A stretch of DNA of 54,757 nucleotides from assembly GCA_964201705.1 (NCBI GenBank), contig CAXNEU010000001.1:1-54757 (forward strand). Direction: 5' to 3'. This document shows, one piece after another, positions 50,771-54,757 of the stretch. The notes under the pieces were generated by a model, which saw only the letters and a list, made by a program, of their open reading frames with translations, was not told where the DNA came from and searched no databases. The translations under genes were made by a program, and so were the position numbers. This stretch comes from Candidatus Planktophila sp. Its GTDB lineage: Bacteria; Actinomycetota; Actinomycetes; Nanopelagicales; Nanopelagicaceae. How positions within the stretch are numbered: position 1 is the first letter of the stretch; each line of letters starts with the position of its first letter.

Positions 50771-53368
50771 ATGGCCCAGAAGAGATTGCTCCTAATCGAT
50801 GGCCATTCAATGGCATATCGGGCTTTCTTTGCCCTTCCTGCGGAAAATTTCACCACAGCGCAAGGCCAGCACACCAATGCGATCTATGGCTTTGCCACGA
50901 TGCTGATCTCGCTTTTAAAGGATGAGAAGCCAACGCATGTTGCTGTCGCTTTTGATGTATCGCGGAAAACTTTTCGAACAGATATTTTTCCTGATTACAA
51001 AGCTAATCGCGCAAAAACTCCCGATGAATTTCGTTCGCAGATGCCGTATTTAAATGATTTAGTTAAAGGCTTTGGGATTACCCAGTTTTCGCTAGAAGGC
51101 TATGAAGCAGATGACCTGATCGCAACCATCACCAAGCAAGCAGAGCGCGAAGGTGCAGAGGTATTGATCTGCACCGGTGATCGTGACAGTTTCCAATTAG
51201 TAACAGAGAAAACAACGGTGCTTTATCCAAAGCGTGGAGTCTCTGAAATGGCGCGGATGACGCCCGCTGCGGTTCAGGAAAAATATGGAATGTCGCCGGA
51301 TCAATATCCCGACTTTGCGGCGCTGCGTGGCGACCCCAGCGATAACTTACCTTCGGTCCCAGGAGTTGGCGAGAAGACTGCCGCAAAGTGGATAGTGGAA
51401 TATGGATCTCTCACGGAGTTGCTTGCAAACGTTGACAAGCTGGGCGGCAAAGTTGGGCAATCGCTGCGCGATAACCTAGATGATGTTATTCGCAACCGCG
51501 AACTTACCCAGCTCGTCCACGATGCGCCTATCGATTACCAAGTTGATGCCTTGGCTTGGTCAGGGGTTGCTGAATCTGATTTAACAAAGATATTTGAACA
51601 ACTTGAGTTTAGAACTCTGAAAGATCGCCTCAAGCTAATTCTCAATCCAGATTCAGTTGTGAAGAAGCAAGAGGTCGCTGCAGAATTCACCCTCTTTGCA
51701 GATGCTGTAGAAGGCGGCGAATTAACTGCGGCAGAAATCGATGTGCGAATATCTGAACATAAAGGTGAGATCGCAGTTGCCTTTGAATTGCGCGAAGAGA
51801 AGTTGCATCGTTACGCAATTGCCTTTTCACCAACTGATGTTCATTTAGTTCACTCATCACAGATGGGCAAGTGGGCTCAGGATGTAAATATCCCAAAAAT
51901 CGCCCACGATGCAAAGTCTTTAGCCCGTGAGAGCCTTTTTGACGGAGTTATCTTTGATACCGCCTTGGCGGCTTATCTAGTAAACCCTGGAGTTCGGGCA
52001 CAGAATTTAAGTGATCTGCTCGAACGTTGGGGCGATGGTGTAACCATCGATGCATCCTCGCCTGAACAAGAGCTTTTAACTAGCGCAGCAGTCCTATTCA
52101 CCTTACGTAAATCTTTAGAGACCGAGATGCGCGATCGTGGTGTACTTACGCTATTTAATGACCTTGAACTTCCGATAGCGCAGCTCTTGGCGGTGATGGA
52201 AAATCGTGGGATTGCAGTTGATCGTAAAGAACTGGAGAAACTGGCAACTTTCTTTGAAGGTGAAGTAGCCCGCGAAACTAAGGCAGCGCATCTTGCCGCA
52301 GGACATGAATTTAATGTGGCATCGCCTAAGCAGCTGCAGGTGGTCTTATTTGATGAGTTAAACCTACCCAAGACTAAGAAGATTAAAACTGGATTTACTA
52401 CTGATGCCGAAGCACTTAACTGGCTCTTTGAAAAGACTAAACACCCCCTTTTGGAATCACTGTTACGCATTCGTGAAACCAAAAAACTTGGCACAACAGT
52501 GGAGGGCTTGATCGCAGAAATTGGTTCTGATGGTCGAATCCGCACCCACTTTGCACAGACTGTTGCAGCCACCGGTCGTTTATCTTCAGTGGGACCAAAT
52601 TTACAAAATATTCCAGTGCGCACTGAAGAAGGGCGCAGTATTCGAAAAACATTTGTGGCGGGTGCTGGTTATGCCTCTTTGCTTACCGCGGATTATAGCC
52701 AGATCGAAATGCGCATCATGGCGCACTTATCGAGGGATTCAGGATTACTTGCTGCCTTTGAAACTGGTGAAGATTTGCACGCCACTGTTGCAGCGTTGGT
52801 CTTTGGCGTTGCCGCAGTCGATGTTGATCCCGAGATGCGCCGTCAGATAAAGGCGATGTCATATGGATTGGCATATGGACTTAGCGCCTACGGGTTAGCG
52901 GTGCAGCTAGATCTTTCACCACCGGCGGCACAAGAATTAATGGATAAGTACTTCCTGCGCTTCGGCGGAATTCGGGATTACTTAAGTAGCGTTGTTGTCG
53001 AGGCGCGCAAAGTTGGTTATACCGAAACTGTGATGGGACGCCGTAGGTATCTGCCAGATTTGCTGCACGATAACCGCCAACGCCGTGAAATAGCCGAACG
53101 TATGGCGTTAAACGCACCAATCCAAGGGTCTGCCGCTGACATCATTAAACAAGCGATGCTTAATGTGCAAAGAGCGCTAGTTGAAGAGAAACTTAGCTCT
53201 CGGCTATTGCTGCAAGTCCATGATGAATTGATCTTAGAAGTGATGGCAGGAGAAGAAGAGAAGCTGACTGCGTTGGTGCGACGTGAAATGGCCGCGGCCT
53301 ACCCGTTGAAGGCGCCTTTAGATGTCAGTGTTGGTATTGGTAAAAGTTGGAACGAAGCGGCGCATTAA
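50771..53368 (+). CDS. polA: DNA polymerase I
   Basis: 5' nuclease (DGHS, YEADD, GDRD, GDPSDN); polymerase motifs DYSQIEMR, KAMSYGLAYG and QVHDE. The 3'-5' exonuclease domain is degenerate. Leaderless -10 TAGGAT at 50759-64. Confidence 0.99.
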   Translation: MAQKRLLLIDGHSMAYRAFFALPAENFTTAQGQHTNAIYGFATMLISLLKDEKPTHVAVAFDVSRKTFRTDIFPDYKANRAKTPDEFRSQMPYLNDLVKGFGITQFSLEGYEADDLIATITKQAEREGAEVLICTGDRDSFQLVTEKTTVLYPKRGVSEMARMTPAAVQEKYGMSPDQYPDFAALRGDPSDNLPSVPGVGEKTAAKWIVEYGSLTELLANVDKLGGKVGQSLRDNLDDVIRNRELTQLVHDAPIDYQVDALAWSGVAESDLTKIFEQLEFRTLKDRLKLILNPDSVVKKQEVAAEFTLFADAVEGGELTAAEIDVRISEHKGEIAVAFELREEKLHRYAIAFSPTDVHLVHSSQMGKWAQDVNIPKIAHDAKSLARESLFDGVIFDTALAAYLVNPGVRAQNLSDLLERWGDGVTIDASSPEQELLTSAAVLFTLRKSLETEMRDRGVLTLFNDLELPIAQLLAVMENRGIAVDRKELEKLATFFEGEVARETKAAHLAAGHEFNVASPKQLQVVLFDELNLPKTKKIKTGFTTDAEALNWLFEKTKHPLLESLLRIRETKKLGTTVEGLIAEIGSDGRIRTHFAQTVAATGRLSSVGPNLQNIPVRTEEGRSIRKTFVAGAGYASLLTADYSQIEMRIMAHLSRDSGLLAAFETGEDLHATVAALVFGVAAVDVDPEMRRQIKAMSYGLAYGLSAYGLAVQLDLSPPAAQELMDKYFLRFGGIRDYLSSVVVEARKVGYTETVMGRRRYLPDLLHDNRQRREIAERMALNAPIQGSAADIIKQAMLNVQRALVEEKLSSRLLLQVHDELILEVMAGEEEKLTALVRREMAAAYPLKAPLDVSVGIGKSWNEAAH

Positions 53369-53386
53369 AGATATTTGTGTTTGAAA

Positions 53387-54613
53387 TTATTTAATGGCTG
53401 GAGAATTATTGGCCATCGCTGCTAAATCTTCTTCCTCTGTCGGTAAATCATTTGCCGCTGAAAGTCGACCTCTTCCGATTGAAAGAGTTATGTATCCAAG
53501 AAGAAGCATGATCGGAAGCATTGCAAGTCCAATTCGAGGTGAGATGTGTTCTGAGACAAGCCCACCAACGGCAGCACCAATCGCCATAAATGATCCTTCA
53601 ACGCTCCATAGCCAACCGAGTGAAGAAGTCTGCGAACCTTTCGGGCGTACCGCTTCGAGAACTTCAAAGTAAAAGACTTGTAGCGCACCACCTAGAAAAC
53701 CAATTGATGCACCGACTAGCGCCATAGTCCAGTCTGGATAGGTAAATGCAATCGGGAAACAGGCAATAGTCCAGAGCAAGTAGGCACGTCGCATCGCTGC
53801 CAGCGGCGCTAACTTCTTTGAGACCAGCCCACCGAGTAATCCTCCGATCACGGTAGCAACACCAAAGGAGGCAAAGATCCAAGCGACTCGATGCGGAACA
53901 TTTTCTTGAGTTGCAAATGCAGGAACCGCAACATCAAATATGCCCCAGCCAAATCCAATAAAGCAACCTTCAAACATCAATAATTGCATAGCTCGATTCT
54001 TAATCAGGCTTTCCTGTCCCTTAACTTTCTTCTCAGGGATCCAATTCCGCGATACCGATGTCAAGGCAAGAGCTATTCCTCCAGTTAGCATCAGTGCGGC
54101 AACTAGATCTAGCGCTAAATGTGGACGGGAAGAGAGCGCCAACGCGGTAACGACCACTGGACCAATTACCGAAGTTGAACTCATCATTGCAGAGTCAAAG
54201 GCATATGCCGTGCGCAAATAGGTGGCAGGAACAATATCTTTCCAAAGTGGTCGCACTGAGAGATTAATTGGGGGAGCAGAAATACCGAGAATAAATGCAG
54301 CTATAAGTATTGATCGCGCAGTTTCCATCTGATTAAGCGTCAGAATTAATATTGTGTAACCCGGGACAAGGATTCGCAGAGGCCACTTTTGTCCCCAACG
54401 ATCGATTACCGAACCTCTCGCGCCGGCGGTTACCGCTCCAGCCAAAGAATTTAAACCGATAGCAAAACCAGCGATCGCAAACGAATCGGTACTTTGTTCA
54501 GCCTTAAAGAAAATCCCAAGACCGATCATTCCGTAGGCTAAACGAGCCGGAAAGGCGGCGATTCCGAGTGAAACCACTTGCGGGAATGAGAACAATTCCT
54601 TATAGCGCTTCAT
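53387..54613 (-). CDS. MFS transporter
   Basis: About 12 TM segments and motif A-like GSVIDRWGQK. Start placed at MKRYKEL, 7 nt after -10 TAAACT. Confidence 0.9.
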   Translation of the reverse strand: MKRYKELFSFPQVVSLGIAAFPARLAYGMIGLGIFFKAEQSTDSFAIAGFAIGLNSLAGAVTAGARGSVIDRWGQKWPLRILVPGYTILILTLNQMETARSILIAAFILGISAPPINLSVRPLWKDIVPATYLRTAYAFDSAMMSSTSVIGPVVVTALALSSRPHLALDLVAALMLTGGIALALTSVSRNWIPEKKVKGQESLIKNRAMQLLMFEGCFIGFGWGIFDVAVPAFATQENVPHRVAWIFASFGVATVIGGLLGGLVSKKLAPLAAMRRAYLLWTIACFPIAFTYPDWTMALVGASIGFLGGALQVFYFEVLEAVRPKGSQTSSLGWLWSVEGSFMAIGAAVGGLVSEHISPRIGLAMLPIMLLLGYITLSIGRGRLSAANDLPTEEEDLAAMANNSPAIK

Positions 54614-54645
54614 TATCGTGAGTTTACGCCTATTTTTATCAGGAT

Positions 54646-54734
54646 TTGCCCTTAACGAGACCAAAACCGTACGCTTACGCCCGTTCACCAGAATGGTTCT
54701 GGAGTCCTATTACTTTCTATCCCTACGGAGCAAC
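54646..54734 (+). promoter_or_regulatory. Probable rpsA promoter and leader
   Basis: TTGCCC-18 nt-TACGCT, a CCAGAA/TTCTGG hairpin (54688-54702) and CCCTACGGAGCAAC containing the SD. Confidence 0.5.
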
Positions 54735-54757
54735 TTGAGCACATCATCACCAGTCGT
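54735..54757 (+). CDS. rpsA: Probable 5' end of ribosomal protein S1 (truncated by window edge)
   Basis: TTG start after GGAG gives MSTSSPVV. Supported only by polA-rpsA synteny and leader resemblance; about 8 codons are visible. Confidence 0.5.

Noticed and set aside
51600-52150. Degenerate 3'-5' exonuclease domain of PolA
   Set aside because: A common, known feature of actinobacterial Pol I; not novel.

Overview
This 54.8 kb window is densely packed core chromosome from a streamlined, low-GC (roughly high-40s %) actinobacterium. Gene order, protein motifs, minimal intergenic DNA and composition best fit the freshwater acI lineage (Ca. Planktophila/Nanopelagicales); the taxonomy is inference. 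Contents in order: the dcw cluster (ftsL-ftsI-murEF-mraY-murD-ftsW-murGC-ftsQZ-pgeF-yggS-sepF-yggT, with no divIVA), ileS on the minus strand, a histone-like/DksA fusion, lspA, rluD, dnaE, a fused his-trp cluster with PriA, MauE/DoxX-DsbA-lgt, VIT1, gltBD, pyk, tRNA-Leu(CAA), a PdtaR-like ANTAR regulator, livKHMGF, a PaaI thioesterase, polA, an MFS transporter and the probable start of rpsA. I see no mobile elements, CRISPR arrays, defence islands or clear pseudogenes, and no obviously new multi-gene system. The best leads are small-scale: (1) a tRNA whose 3' end abuts the start codon of the ANTAR regulator; (2) candidate RNA switches in the gltB and liv leaders that could be ANTAR targets; (3) an unlisted 57-aa minimal version of the trp-associated membrane protein; (4) loss of divIVA from its syntenic site; (5) a GXHH-motif IleRS2; (6) pervasive leaderless promoters, some built from the upstream gene's stop codon.
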